Assembly: GCA_001002285.1 (NCBI GenBank) | Contig: LCLX01000001.1 | Location: 30 to 64,029 of the forward strand | Length of the DNA: 64,000 bases | Direction of reading: 5' to 3' | Source of the DNA: Microgenomates group bacterium GW2011_GWC1_46_15 | GTDB taxonomy: Bacteria > Patescibacteriota > Microgenomatia > UBA1400 > UBA12028 | Shown here: in pieces, positions 10,792-20,429 of the stretch | Numbering within the stretch: position 1 is the first letter of the stretch | Layout of the letters: each line of letters begins with the position of its first letter | Notes under the pieces: generated by a model | Databases searched by the model: none | What the model was told of the DNA's origin: nothing | What the model saw: only the letters and a program-made list of their open reading frames with translations | Position numbers and translations under genes: made by a program

Positions 10792-11253
10792 TTATCGTGA
10801 TGTAATCTCTGCGTCAAGCGCGGCATTCACCAATGCGTCAGCCCGTGCGTTTTTATCGCGGGGAATATGCGTGAATATATATGACAGTTTTAACGAGTCA
10901 AGAATGATGTGGATTTTCCTCACATACTCGAGAATGTGTGGTTGTTTTACTTTATATGTCCCGCTCATTTGTTGAACGACTAAAAGGGAGTCGAGAAAAA
11001 ATTGAATCCTTGTTGGTTTCTCCTTCCCAGAGGAAAGCGGGGAAGTGGGGGAACGGGAAAGCCATGTTGATGCCTGAAGAAGCGCTTCATACTCTGCGGT
11101 ATTATTGGTTGTTTGGCCAATATACAAACTTATTTCAAAAAGCGTTTTTCCTTGAAATTCTCCATGGACTCCTATTGCGGCTGGCCCCGGATTTCCCCGG
11201 GCTCCACCATCAGTAAAAATTGTTAGTGTGGAATCACTTACTTTTTGCATCAA
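10792..11253 (-). CDS. rnhA: ribonuclease HI
   Basis: FTDGGARGNPGPAAIGV ... NNTAEYEALL ... NARADALVNAAL. Confidence 0.85.
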   Translation of the reverse strand: MMQKVSDSTLTIFTDGGARGNPGPAAIGVHGEFQGKTLFEISLYIGQTTNNTAEYEALLQASTWLSRSPTSPLSSGKEKPTRIQFFLDSLLVVQQMSGTYKVKQPHILEYVRKIHIILDSLKLSYIFTHIPRDKNARADALVNAALDAEITSR

Positions 11254-11695
11254 GATTCCCCTCAGGAAACACCGTGAGTCTTCTTTCTATTCCTTCGCCC
11301 TCTGACTGCGTAACAACACCGGCGTCTTTGAGTGCCATATGCACAAGCCGGCGTTCTTCAGGAGAGAGCTGGGGAAGTGTTTCTGGTTTTCCAGACTCTT
11401 TAACCCGCTCAGCAACCTCAAGCGCCATCTGTTGAACAGCGTCGCCCCGACGCACCTTGTACTCATTAATGTCAACCGAGATGCGTTTTTCTCCCAATTG
11501 GTCGCGGAACGTTGTCGCGACAATGCGCTGAAGGCCGGTGAGCGTTTCACCACGGCGGCCAATAAACATCCCAGAGTCTTCCTCTGGGACGCGAATTGTT
11601 GCTTTAATGGTCTGCTCGTCTTCTTCTATGGTAATTTCTGCGTTTTCACACCCCATGTGGGCGAGTGCCTGTTCCAGATAATCTTGAATCGTCAT
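11234..11695 (-). CDS. jag: Jag/KhpB KH + R3H RNA-binding protein
   Basis: KH motif FIGRRGETLTGLQ and R3H LSPEERRLVHMAL; conserved position next to yidC. Confidence 0.8.
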   Translation of the reverse strand: MTIQDYLEQALAHMGCENAEITIEEDEQTIKATIRVPEEDSGMFIGRRGETLTGLQRIVATTFRDQLGEKRISVDINEYKVRRGDAVQQMALEVAERVKESGKPETLPQLSPEERRLVHMALKDAGVVTQSEGEGIERRLTVFPEGNLDAKSK

Positions 11696-12459
11696 GCCGT
11701 CTCCTTTTTTGCGCGTACAAATATTTTATTCCAATACATCTTGAGTCCACCTGGGCCAGAAACAAGCCATTGCTGGCCAATGCTAAACACTGTACTTGCA
11801 ACCCAATACACTGCGAGACCAGCGGGGAACTTGAGCGCTGCAAACGCCGTCATAAAGGGAATCATAAACACCATTTGCTTCTGAATAGACTCCGCCATGT
11901 CTTGCGCGTTTCCTTCTTTTTTATTTGCTTCTTTCAGCTTTTTTGACTTTGCATCATCTGGAATGAGGTCGTGTGACTCGACGCCAGGCAAAACCATCAC
12001 TGACAATATCAACTGTGTAAGTCCTGCGAGGACGGGGAGAATATATGTGTGGTCTGGTTTCGCTAAATCAATAGTAAAAAACATTGTGTTGATTGTTACA
12101 CCGTTTACTTGCGGAGTATTAAGAAATGTATTGAGCCCTTGATAAAGAATAATGAGCGCGGCAAACTGAAGAATAAACGGCAAACAGCCCGCGAGGGGGT
12201 TGACGTTGTGTTCTTGATAGAGTTTTAACTGTTCTTGCTGAAGTTTTGTCTTATCTCCCCCATGAAGCGTTTTAAGTTCGTCTAGGTGCGGCTTGAGTTC
12301 CTGCATTTTTTTCTGTGTTTTCATGGTTGGAATAGAGAGGGGGGCGAGGATGCCGCGCAAAATCAGTGTAAAAAGAATAATGGCAAACCCAAAGTTTCCG
12401 CCAGAGAGTTGGTAGAGATAGACAAGAAAATGGAGAATTGGTGCCGTGATTTGTTCCAT
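11692..12459 (-). CDS. yidC: membrane protein insertase YidC (short, Gram-positive type)
   Basis: 255 aa; GNFGFAIILFTLILRGILAPLSIPTMK, multi-TM; synteny rnpA-yidD-yidC-jag. Confidence 0.9.
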   Translation of the reverse strand: MEQITAPILHFLVYLYQLSGGNFGFAIILFTLILRGILAPLSIPTMKTQKKMQELKPHLDELKTLHGGDKTKLQQEQLKLYQEHNVNPLAGCLPFILQFAALIILYQGLNTFLNTPQVNGVTINTMFFTIDLAKPDHTYILPVLAGLTQLILSVMVLPGVESHDLIPDDAKSKKLKEANKKEGNAQDMAESIQKQMVFMIPFMTAFAALKFPAGLAVYWVASTVFSIGQQWLVSGPGGLKMYWNKIFVRAKKETA

Positions 12460-12493
12460 ATGTCGCGCGAACGAATATACGTATGATCTGTAT

Positions 12494-12733
12494 TTATGAT
12501 CTACACGAGAGAATGCGTTTCATTCCCATCAATAATCCCCGCATTGTACCATATTTTTGAATGCTTCTTGCCGCATACTCACTGCAGGTGGGGGAGTGGA
12601 TACACTCCGGCGCGCGACCAAACGCCGTTTTTTCCATAGACCGAAATACTGGGTACACTGCCCGATAGGCATTAACGAGTCCTATCGCGCATTTCTGTGA
12701 GAAGGTGAGTGATGGTGCGCTCGAGTGAGTCAT
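12494..12733 (-). CDS. yidD: membrane protein insertion efficiency factor YidD
   Basis: CIHSPTCSEYAARSIQKYG...RILSC motif. Confidence 0.8.
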   Translation of the reverse strand: MTHSSAPSLTFSQKCAIGLVNAYRAVYPVFRSMEKTAFGRAPECIHSPTCSEYAARSIQKYGTMRGLLMGMKRILSCRS

Positions 12734-13016
12734 GCGTTTCTCCTGCTTTATGAATAATAATAATACACTCTTTGCCTTGTATTTCGGTGGCGTTATTAAT
12801 AATTTTTTCTTGAATAATCGCGCTCACGATTCTTTTGAGAAGATTGCGCCCTGTTGCTTTTCTTACCACAGTCGCCGGAACAATAACAGCGGCGCGCGGT
12901 GTCTTATCTTGAGATTTTCTCCAATAGAGTCCTACTCCGCGCAGTGATACCCGCTTTGCCTGAGGAAAAAATTTCTTTTCTTTGCGGAGGTGAAGGCGAT
13001 TCTGTTGAGGAAGCAT
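12672..13016 (-). CDS. rnpA: ribonuclease P protein component
   Basis: 114 aa basic protein; NRLHLRK...RVSLRGVGLYWRKS...RNLLKR; synteny downstream of rpmH. Confidence 0.85.
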   Translation of the reverse strand: MLPQQNRLHLRKEKKFFPQAKRVSLRGVGLYWRKSQDKTPRAAVIVPATVVRKATGRNLLKRIVSAIIQEKIINNATEIQGKECIIIIHKAGETHDSLERTITHLLTEMRDRTR

Positions 13017-13024
13017 GCGGTGCG

Positions 13025-13168
13025 CTACACAGTCAGCGTTTTTCTACCTTTTTGTCTGCGCCTTGCCAAGACCTTGCGGCCATCTTTTGTCTGCATGCGC
13101 TTGCGGAATCCGTGCGTGCGGGTCCGTTTCTTTTTCTTTGGTTGCCATGTGCGAAATGTTTTTGCCAT
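13025..13168 (-). CDS. rpmH: 50S ribosomal protein L34 (missed as a separate ORF in the supplied track because of frame overlap)
   Basis: Manual translation of minus strand gives [47 protein letters not shown], a canonical L34. Confidence 0.85.
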   Translation of the reverse strand: MAKTFRTWQPKKKKRTRTHGFRKRMQTKDGRKVLARRRQKGRKTLTV

Positions 13169-13237
13169 GTGGGCATTATATCAGGAAAAGCCGAGAGTAC
13201 AACGTCACCGCCCTCTGTTTCTTTATGTTCTTTAGTT

Positions 13238-13307
13238 ATCCACATCATCATTTTTAACAAATGTGTTTTTTAGTCCGTCTTTTTTCCTACTTGTAAAATG
13301 TGGATAA
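13238..13307. promoter_or_regulatory. DnaA boxes upstream of dnaA (TTATCCACA at 13238-13246; TGTGGATAA at 13299-13307)
   Basis: Perfect 9-mer consensus in both orientations in the rpmH-dnaA intergenic region. Confidence 0.55.
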
Positions 13308-13427
13308 CTGCATATAAGATTGGTGGACGTTTCCCCGCCCAAAAACTCTATTGCGTATATCCACGCAGTTCTGTCACCAAACGCTGCCCAATTCCGCCCG
13401 CCAACGTTACACATAAAAGGCGCTCAT

Positions 13428-14894
13428 ATGACCATGATGACTCCACAAGAACTCTGGGAAAAATCCCGCCCACCACTTGAAGACGCTCTCTCAAAAAGGA
13501 TGTATACTTTTTGGTTTAGTACAACAGAACTTACCGAAATCCGTGAAGTCGGAGAAGACCGCGCGATCGGTGTTATTAGCGGCTCAAGCGTTTTTCATCT
13601 TAGTAATGTTGAAAATAAATACTACGCGCACATTAAGGAAGTGTTTGACAAACTTACGGGGAAAAAATTTGAACTTCAGTTCGCCATTAAGCGGGGAGTG
13701 AAAAAACAGAAGAGCATTGCTGGGGGAACGGGGAAGGGTTCATCAAAGAAAAATCCTCAAGAAGAGTTCCCCAACCTTTTTTCGCAGGAAAATCAGCGCA
13801 TTGAAGGATCTCAAGAAAAAGGTAAAACATTTCCCACCTCGTTTACGTTTGCCCTGCAAAAGGCTGGCCTTCGCGAAGACTACGCATTTGAAACGCTCGC
13901 TGTTTCTTCAAGTAATGAAATGGCACACGCCGCCGCGGTCGCGGTGTCACAAAATCCCGGAACCGCATACAACCCGCTTTTCCTTTACGGCGGGGTGGGG
14001 GTGGGGAAAACCCACCTTATGCAAGCAATCGGCAATAATATTTTGAGGAAAAATCCACAAACGCCCATTGCATATATTACGGGCGAGCAGTTTACAAACG
14101 AAATCGTCGCGGCAATTCAGCAAAAGCGCACGATTGATCTCAAGAAAAAGTTCCGCAACTATAAGGTACTCCTTGTTGATGACGTGCAGTTTATCGCAGG
14201 GAAAAACACCGTGCAGGAAGAGTTTTTCCACACGTTCAACGCGATCACACCGGCGGGGGGACAAATTATTTTGACTTCAGACCGCCCACCACACGAAATC
14301 ATGTTGCTTGAAGACCGGTTACGTTCGCGGTTCGAGGCCGGGCTTATTGTTGATATTCAGCAGCCCTCGTTTGAACTCCGCACCGCCATTTTGCTCATCA
14401 AGGCTAAAAAACTCGAGCTCGACCTTCCTATGGATGTGGCACAGCGGATTGCTTCGGCGATTGAAAGCACCCGGAGGCTCGAGGGAATCCTTATTAAACT
14501 CCACTCTGAACACACTCTTTTTAAAAAACCCATCTCTATTGAGCTTGTGGAGGAAATTTTGGGGAAAATCGAGAAAGTTGAGTTTCCAAAACAAGATATT
14601 AAGCCCGCAGAAGTATTAAAAACGGTTGCCGCGCAGTTCCATCTCACAACAAATAGCCTCAAGGGGCCGTCCCGAGTTAAAAATCTCGTTGAAGCTCGGC
14701 ATATTGCGATGTATATTCTCCGGTATGATCTCGGGGTAACCCTCGATCAAATCGGTCTTTTGTTTAATGGGCGGGACCACTCCAGCATTATTCATGCAAC
14801 CGAAAAAATTAAGGCTACTATTATAGAAAATGAGGAGCTCCGCACTCGGGTAAACGCGGTAAAAACAAGCCTGTCATTCCGCCAAGAGTCGTAG
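13428..14894 (+). CDS. dnaA: chromosomal replication initiator DnaA (ORF track start 13320; likely start MTMMTPQE at 13428)
   Basis: Walker A GGVGVGKTHLMQAIGN, LLVDDVQFIAGK, sensor/box VII SRFEAGLIVDIQQP, C-terminal HTH. Confidence 0.95.
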   Translation: MTMMTPQELWEKSRPPLEDALSKRMYTFWFSTTELTEIREVGEDRAIGVISGSSVFHLSNVENKYYAHIKEVFDKLTGKKFELQFAIKRGVKKQKSIAGGTGKGSSKKNPQEEFPNLFSQENQRIEGSQEKGKTFPTSFTFALQKAGLREDYAFETLAVSSSNEMAHAAAVAVSQNPGTAYNPLFLYGGVGVGKTHLMQAIGNNILRKNPQTPIAYITGEQFTNEIVAAIQQKRTIDLKKKFRNYKVLLVDDVQFIAGKNTVQEEFFHTFNAITPAGGQIILTSDRPPHEIMLLEDRLRSRFEAGLIVDIQQPSFELRTAILLIKAKKLELDLPMDVAQRIASAIESTRRLEGILIKLHSEHTLFKKPISIELVEEILGKIEKVEFPKQDIKPAEVLKTVAAQFHLTTNSLKGPSRVKNLVEARHIAMYILRYDLGVTLDQIGLLFNGRDHSSIIHATEKIKATIIENEELRTRVNAVKTSLSFRQES

Positions 14895-14939
14895 TCCTTT
14901 CCCACATTTCTAGACCACAATGGTAAAAAGATGTTGATA

Positions 14940-15160
14940 TCTCTACTCCAATTGTGGGAACTGTGGACAACCCCAACTGAGTTATCCACTTACCCACAAA
15001 ATTGGGCGGTTATCCACAAAGTTATCCACAGTTTTCCACATAGTATTCAACACAAATATCTCCCGAATTACTTGAAGGGCCGTCGATGAGTTATCCATTT
15101 ACCCCCATTCCTACTACTAGTACTACTATTGTATATACGTTTAAGAAAGACACGAACAGC
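14940..15160. promoter_or_regulatory. oriC: DnaA-box cluster plus AT-rich unwinding region between dnaA and dnaN
   Basis: TTATCCACA at 15010-15018 and 15022-15030; variants TTATCCACT (14982-14990), TTTTCCACA (15032-15040), TTATCCATT (15091-15099), TGTGGACAA (14962-14970); AT-rich tactactagtactactattgtatatacg at 15101-15130. Confidence 0.75.
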
Positions 15161-15244
15161 CCCTCCAGGAACTCTCTTTAACAATCCTTCTCAAAACTAT
15201 CGGTACTTCACAAACCTCCTTTACACGTTTACAATTCGGGCACG

Positions 15245-16357
15245 ATGCAATTCACTATTCTCCAAGAAAATCTTTTAAAGGCAACACAAGAAGTTCTTCG
15301 TTTCATTCCATCAAAAACACCGCTTCCGATTCTTTCATGTTTTCTTCTTGAGGTAAAAAGGGGGGAAATATCCTTCTCCGCAACGGACTTGCAGACAGGG
15401 ATCAAAGAAACCGTTGATGGAAAAGTGATGAGTACGGGGGCTACCGCGCTTCCAGCAAGAGTATTTGTCGAGTATATTTCTTCACTACCAGCCGGAACAA
15501 TTGAAGTCGAAGAAAAAGATGCAGAGCTTCATATAACAGCGGGGAAAGCGTCAGCAGTGTTTCAAATATCTTCTCCAAAAGACTTTCCACAGTTCCCAGA
15601 AAAAGAAGGGGAGGATGTTGTTTTGCCGCGCGAAGCATTTCTCTCGATTATAGAAAAAGGAGGACTTGCCTCTGGTGTGGATGAAACGCGCCCCGTATTC
15701 TCATCGCTCTATATTGAAGGAAAAGACGGGGTATTGTGTGGGGTGAGCACCGACGGATACAGGTTGGCACGGAAAGAAGTAAAGATAAAAGGGTGGAAGT
15801 ACGACGGCATCCTTTTGCCAACCAAAGCCGTCCGCGAAATTTCCCGCATCATTGACCGCCTGCACGTGGAAAGCGTTGGAATAAGCCTCTCTGCACGCTT
15901 AGGGCAAGTCTTTTTTACCGCCGGCGATTTATTTTGCAGTGTTCGGCTCATCGAAGCAAGTTTTCCGGACTACGACACAATTATCCCAAAAGAATTCGGT
16001 GTTCAAATAAAGTTTCAGCGTGAAGAATTTTTGTCTGCACTCAAAACTGCGCTTGTATTTGGAAAAGAAAGTTCTGGAATTATTAAACTTTCCATTCAAA
16101 AGGACTCGTTGTTGATTACTGCATCATCAAACGCTGTTGGGAAAAATGAAACACAGGTTGATATAGAAAAAATTACGGGAGAAAATGCAGAAATTGCGTT
16201 CAATGGGAAGTATCTTCAGGATTTACTGTCCGCGGTTACCGGCGAGACCGTGTGGTTTGGAATGAATGAGCCATTAAAGCCTGGAATGTTCAAAATTGAA
16301 GGTGAAGAAGGATTTGTGTATATCGTGATGCCGTTCCGTATGCAGGGGGAAAGTTAG
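15245..16357 (+). CDS. dnaN: DNA polymerase III beta sliding clamp
   Basis: 370 aa; MQFTILQENLLKATQEVLRFIPSK... three-domain clamp pattern; follows dnaA. Confidence 0.95.
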   Translation: MQFTILQENLLKATQEVLRFIPSKTPLPILSCFLLEVKRGEISFSATDLQTGIKETVDGKVMSTGATALPARVFVEYISSLPAGTIEVEEKDAELHITAGKASAVFQISSPKDFPQFPEKEGEDVVLPREAFLSIIEKGGLASGVDETRPVFSSLYIEGKDGVLCGVSTDGYRLARKEVKIKGWKYDGILLPTKAVREISRIIDRLHVESVGISLSARLGQVFFTAGDLFCSVRLIEASFPDYDTIIPKEFGVQIKFQREEFLSALKTALVFGKESSGIIKLSIQKDSLLITASSNAVGKNETQVDIEKITGENAEIAFNGKYLQDLLSAVTGETVWFGMNEPLKPGMFKIEGEEGFVYIVMPFRMQGES

Positions 16358-16359
16358 AT

Positions 16360-18288
16360 TTAAGCGGCCGCCTGCAGTTGTGGTTGCGATAGCGGTTGAC
16401 CAGCCGGCGCTGGAGCGTTTTGTGCCTGGCCAGAGAGTTGCGAGGCACTTCGTTTTTGTAATATTTCTTCAGGATTCGTTGTAATAAGGTCGTGTTCGTC
16501 TTGCGACGCAACGACGCGGATCGCGACATGATTTTGTCCGGCAAAAAATAATCCTTCACCAACGTCGCTTGCTATCAAAAACCTCCGCTCTCCTTCGGAT
16601 AAGAAAAAGACTTGTGAGAGATAGGGGATCGCGGCAGACGACTGTTTCATTAAAAATTGAATGGACGAGTTTGTAACAATCGCTTTTCCAAAATCGTTGT
16701 TCAAAAAGTCCTCAACGTCCTGTGTGATCGTGGTGATGCCAAGATAATACTTGCGCGCGCGCTTCGCCATGGAGTGCAAGAAACTTGCGGAGTCTTTGTA
16801 CTTCATAAAGTACCACGCCTCATCGACGATCAGAATGCGTTTTTTAAGGTTTTTCTTAATGCGTGTCCAAACAAAATCAAGGATTAAAAACATCGCAATT
16901 GGGCGAAGTTCCTCTTCCATTTCTTTCACGGAAAACACAGTGAATTGATTTGTGATGTTGATGTTTGATTTTTGATCGAAAATACCACGGAATGACCCCT
17001 TGATGAATTTCTCCAGGCGCGCGGCGAGATTTTGGGACTCTTGGTTTTCCATTCCAAGAAGCGCTTTATATAAATCTTCCATAAGCGGAGGTTCATTGGT
17101 TTGTGTTGCCGGATCGGGTGTAATTCCTTTGGCCTTGTATGCCGCGATGAGCGCGCGGTCGAGCATCGCGTCTTCGGTTGGAGAAAGCTCTCCCATCATA
17201 ATTTTTAACAACGTATGAATGGAAATAATCTTCATTCCAAGCTCATTTTCACCCTCTTCATAGACCGCGCTCAAATCAAACGGATTGATTTTTTTAGGAG
17301 AACTAAACGTGAAGTTGATGTACTCGCCGCCAACGGATGTGCAAAGATCTTCGTACTCATGTTCGGGATCAAGAACAATGAGTTCGACATCAAACATGAG
17401 CTGGCGCAGAGCCTCAAGCTTCACGGCGTATGATTTTCCAGCACCGGATTTTGCAAACACCACCATGTTCGCGTTTTCCATACTAAACCGGTCGAAAATC
17501 ACCAACGAATCATTGTGCTCATTTACGCCGTACAACAGGCCCGTGTCGCTTGTGAGTTCGGCTGAAGTGAATGGGAATGTTGTCGCAAGCGACGTGGTGT
17601 CCATGTTGCGCGTGATCAAAAGTTTGTCCACGCCGATCGGGAGGGTGGTCTTAAACCCATCTTCAATTTGAAGCGCAGCAACCTTGCTCACAATAAGTAA
17701 TGAGCCGAGCATGGAGCGGATTTTATTTGTTGTTTTATTGAGTTCTTCCAGTGAAACATCAGAAATAGTGATATACAGTCCAAACTGGTAGAACCGTTCT
17801 GCGCCTTTTGCCAACTGTTCCTGGATTGATCGCGCGTCTTCTAGCTTAATTTCGGTATTAATATTACTCAGTTTTCCTTGCCGAATATCCGAACTAATTT
17901 CAGCCTCCATTTCAGTGATTTTCCGCCGTAAATCATCCAGAATCTTCTTTGATTCAACAGGGAAAATATGCATAGAAATGTCCAATGAATGCGGGAAATT
18001 AATGAGTGGGGAGAGCCAGTTTGCCGGAACGGTTCTTGGGTAGCCAGCGACAAATAATGTGCGGATAAACACATCATTGATTTTTTGGTATGAAAAATCC
18101 ACCTCAATTGCTTCCGGCGCAATAATGTCTTGGATGCTCACAAGGCCGGATGAAAATCGGTCAAGATCTTCTTTTGAAGGAATATGGGGCTGAGTACTGG
18201 ACGGGACAGTCGCCCCGCCGCTAGAGCTAGCGTTTTGCTGCGCAGAGTCTTTTTGTTTTGGTTTTAAAAACGGAAATGTGATGGGCAT
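16360..18288 (-). CDS. VirB4/TraE/PrgJ-like type IV secretion ATPase
   Basis: 642 aa; N-terminal DIIAPEAIEVDF...FVAGYPRTV typical of Gram-positive VirB4; Walker A FAKSGAGKSYAVK, Walker B ILIVDEAWYF. Confidence 0.8.
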   Translation of the reverse strand: MPITFPFLKPKQKDSAQQNASSSGGATVPSSTQPHIPSKEDLDRFSSGLVSIQDIIAPEAIEVDFSYQKINDVFIRTLFVAGYPRTVPANWLSPLINFPHSLDISMHIFPVESKKILDDLRRKITEMEAEISSDIRQGKLSNINTEIKLEDARSIQEQLAKGAERFYQFGLYITISDVSLEELNKTTNKIRSMLGSLLIVSKVAALQIEDGFKTTLPIGVDKLLITRNMDTTSLATTFPFTSAELTSDTGLLYGVNEHNDSLVIFDRFSMENANMVVFAKSGAGKSYAVKLEALRQLMFDVELIVLDPEHEYEDLCTSVGGEYINFTFSSPKKINPFDLSAVYEEGENELGMKIISIHTLLKIMMGELSPTEDAMLDRALIAAYKAKGITPDPATQTNEPPLMEDLYKALLGMENQESQNLAARLEKFIKGSFRGIFDQKSNINITNQFTVFSVKEMEEELRPIAMFLILDFVWTRIKKNLKKRILIVDEAWYFMKYKDSASFLHSMAKRARKYYLGITTITQDVEDFLNNDFGKAIVTNSSIQFLMKQSSAAIPYLSQVFFLSEGERRFLIASDVGEGLFFAGQNHVAIRVVASQDEHDLITTNPEEILQKRSASQLSGQAQNAPAPAGQPLSQPQLQAAA

Positions 18289-18314
18289 AGCAATGCACTC
18301 ATGGTATCAGGCAT

Positions 18315-19337
18315 ATGTATGATGTTCAACACCGCGCCCCACGCCTACAATTTAATGCAATCCAATCAACAACACAAAACTATCTCGAAATCTACGACGT
18401 TACAAACGATCTCGTCATTTTGCGCGATGGAACCGTGGCGCTTCTCCTGACGACAAACTCGCTCAACTTTGGACTGCTTTCCGAAGAAGAACAGGACTCG
18501 ATCATTTACACGTACGCCGGCTTATTAAACTCACTCTCTTTCCCCATTGAAATCGTGATTCGGTCGCAGAAAAAAGATATTTCCGTGTATCTTCATTATG
18601 TTGAAGAACTTGAACAAAAAAATCCGATGCCAATTCGCAAAACGCAGATCCGCCGGTACCGCGAGTTTATTCAGGAGTTGGTAAAAGAACGGAATATTTT
18701 AGACAAGAAATTTTATATCGCAATTCCATTTGCGGGAGCGTCGCTATCGCTTTCCGGCGCGATTCCGAACATTAAGAAAGAAAAAACGTTTTCTTTAGAT
18801 AAAGCGTATGTTCTCGAAAAAGCAAAAACAGACCTGGAGCCCAAACGCGACCACTTGATCGCGCAGTTTGCCCGCATCGGACTATATGCCCGCCAGCTCA
18901 CAACGCAGGAAATTATTCATCTCATGTACACGATTTATAATCCTGGGACGTCTGAAGGACAGAGAATGACGGATACGGGAAGTTACACAACGCCGCTTGT
19001 TGAGGCGAGCTTGCAAGGAGTGATGAGTCAGCCAGCGCTGCAGTCGTTCACAAAAGATGCGGATATGGGTGAAAAAGTAGCACCGACACCAGCGCCACAA
19101 GCGCAAACCCCAGCACAAACGCCCCCACCAACTCAATTGGAAGAAAAACCCATCGTGCAACAATCCGCGCAACCACCCCAATCAGAAAAAACGAGTGGAA
19201 CTGTCCGCATTATTCCTCCAGGAGAGCCGGTAAAAATTCAGCCACCGACAATGCCAATAACGCCAACGATGCCAGGAGCATCAGTACCAACACCATCAAC
19301 GCTCCAGAATTTACAAACTCCAACACCGGTGGTTTAA
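18315..19337 (+). CDS. hypothetical protein with P/Q/T-rich C-terminal tail, divergent from VirB4-like gene
   Basis: 340 aa; N-terminal globular part, low-complexity PTPAPQAQTPAQTPPPTQ tail; T4SS context. Confidence 0.35.
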   Translation: MYDVQHRAPRLQFNAIQSTTQNYLEIYDVTNDLVILRDGTVALLLTTNSLNFGLLSEEEQDSIIYTYAGLLNSLSFPIEIVIRSQKKDISVYLHYVEELEQKNPMPIRKTQIRRYREFIQELVKERNILDKKFYIAIPFAGASLSLSGAIPNIKKEKTFSLDKAYVLEKAKTDLEPKRDHLIAQFARIGLYARQLTTQEIIHLMYTIYNPGTSEGQRMTDTGSYTTPLVEASLQGVMSQPALQSFTKDADMGEKVAPTPAPQAQTPAQTPPPTQLEEKPIVQQSAQPPQSEKTSGTVRIIPPGEPVKIQPPTMPITPTMPGASVPTPSTLQNLQTPTPVV

Positions 19338-19397
19338 TTTTTCGCGCGGATTTCCAGAGGCCCAAGAATAGCGTTATTCATCGAAAGCGTGATTGGA

Positions 19398-20396
19398 TCA
19401 AACGTAAACCCGTCTTTTTCTGTGGTAATGCGGTACTCGCCAGACTTGAGTGGGGATGTTGAGAAAAACTGACCAAGTCTCCAACACCATGCCAACGACA
19501 ACGTTAGGGGTCGTTGGTGTTTTTGGAAAGGGGAGCATTGTGTTTACCGTAGCCTTCGTTGCGGTATCCGTTGCTTGTGATGAAAACGCAACTTGATCGG
19601 AATGATAGTGAAGCACATCTGGCGCTGCTTTTTGTGGTTGTAGCGCTTGTTCAGGCTTAATTCCTTGAGCAGTGTCACGGGCAACAGAAACAGGTTTTTC
19701 TCGCGCAATAGTCACGGTTTTATTTATCCCGGGAAGCACGCGGTCTTTCAACTCTCTTTGTTCTTTGATTTTTGAGAGTGAAATAATGCCGCGCATTTTT
19801 GACGGATCCTGCGCGTGTAAACTATGCATCGTAACAACGAGCGATGGTTTTTCAGCATACTCATCAAGCATATTTGGTCCACCACTGGAAACGGTAACAT
19901 TCTTTGCCGCGGGAGTAGTGTCGTATAACTGCTGAAGCGCCGCGACCCTATCATATATTTCTTGATCAAACTCATCCCGCACGACTGGTTTTGCGATGGA
20001 CTCAAAATACGCCTGTGCACGCGATGACCTGCTTTTTGCCGAACTCATCGGAAGTGGCGCAGTAGCCACGGTTTGCGAGCGCGTATATGAAAAAAGATCC
20101 GGCACGCGCAATGATTTTTTCCAGTTGAACTTTGTTGGGTTGTAAATGGCGCGGATAAACGCGAGAAACCATTGGTCGAGTGGCCGTTCCTCAAGCGGGA
20201 GAAACGCGAGCGCTGCTCCAGCTAGGACAAAGATAATAATAAGCGGAAACTTAAAAATCTGAGGAAGATTCGAAGAATATGTTAAAAATGCAAGCACGCC
20301 GCCCGACGCCAGTTCAAAAAACTGTTTCAGTGTCATGTTTCCAATGAGATGGAACTCGTATGACGTTACATTCTGTGGGACAGGATGCTCTTGCAT
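19398..20396 (-). CDS. PrgI-like (VirB3-analogue) T4SS membrane protein with long C-terminal extension
   Basis: N-terminus YEFHLIGNMTLKQFFELASGGVLAFLTY...PLIIIFVLAGAALAFLPLEERPLDQWFLAFIRAIYNPTKFNWKK matches PrgI family pattern (T-x-RQ, two TM, RP-x-D-x-W, K-x-x-W). Confidence 0.55.
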   Translation of the reverse strand: MQEHPVPQNVTSYEFHLIGNMTLKQFFELASGGVLAFLTYSSNLPQIFKFPLIIIFVLAGAALAFLPLEERPLDQWFLAFIRAIYNPTKFNWKKSLRVPDLFSYTRSQTVATAPLPMSSAKSRSSRAQAYFESIAKPVVRDEFDQEIYDRVAALQQLYDTTPAAKNVTVSSGGPNMLDEYAEKPSLVVTMHSLHAQDPSKMRGIISLSKIKEQRELKDRVLPGINKTVTIAREKPVSVARDTAQGIKPEQALQPQKAAPDVLHYHSDQVAFSSQATDTATKATVNTMLPFPKTPTTPNVVVGMVLETWSVFLNIPTQVWRVPHYHRKRRVYV

Positions 20397-20429
20397 GAAA
20401 ACATTGTAGCAGAGAAGAAGGGCGACCGA

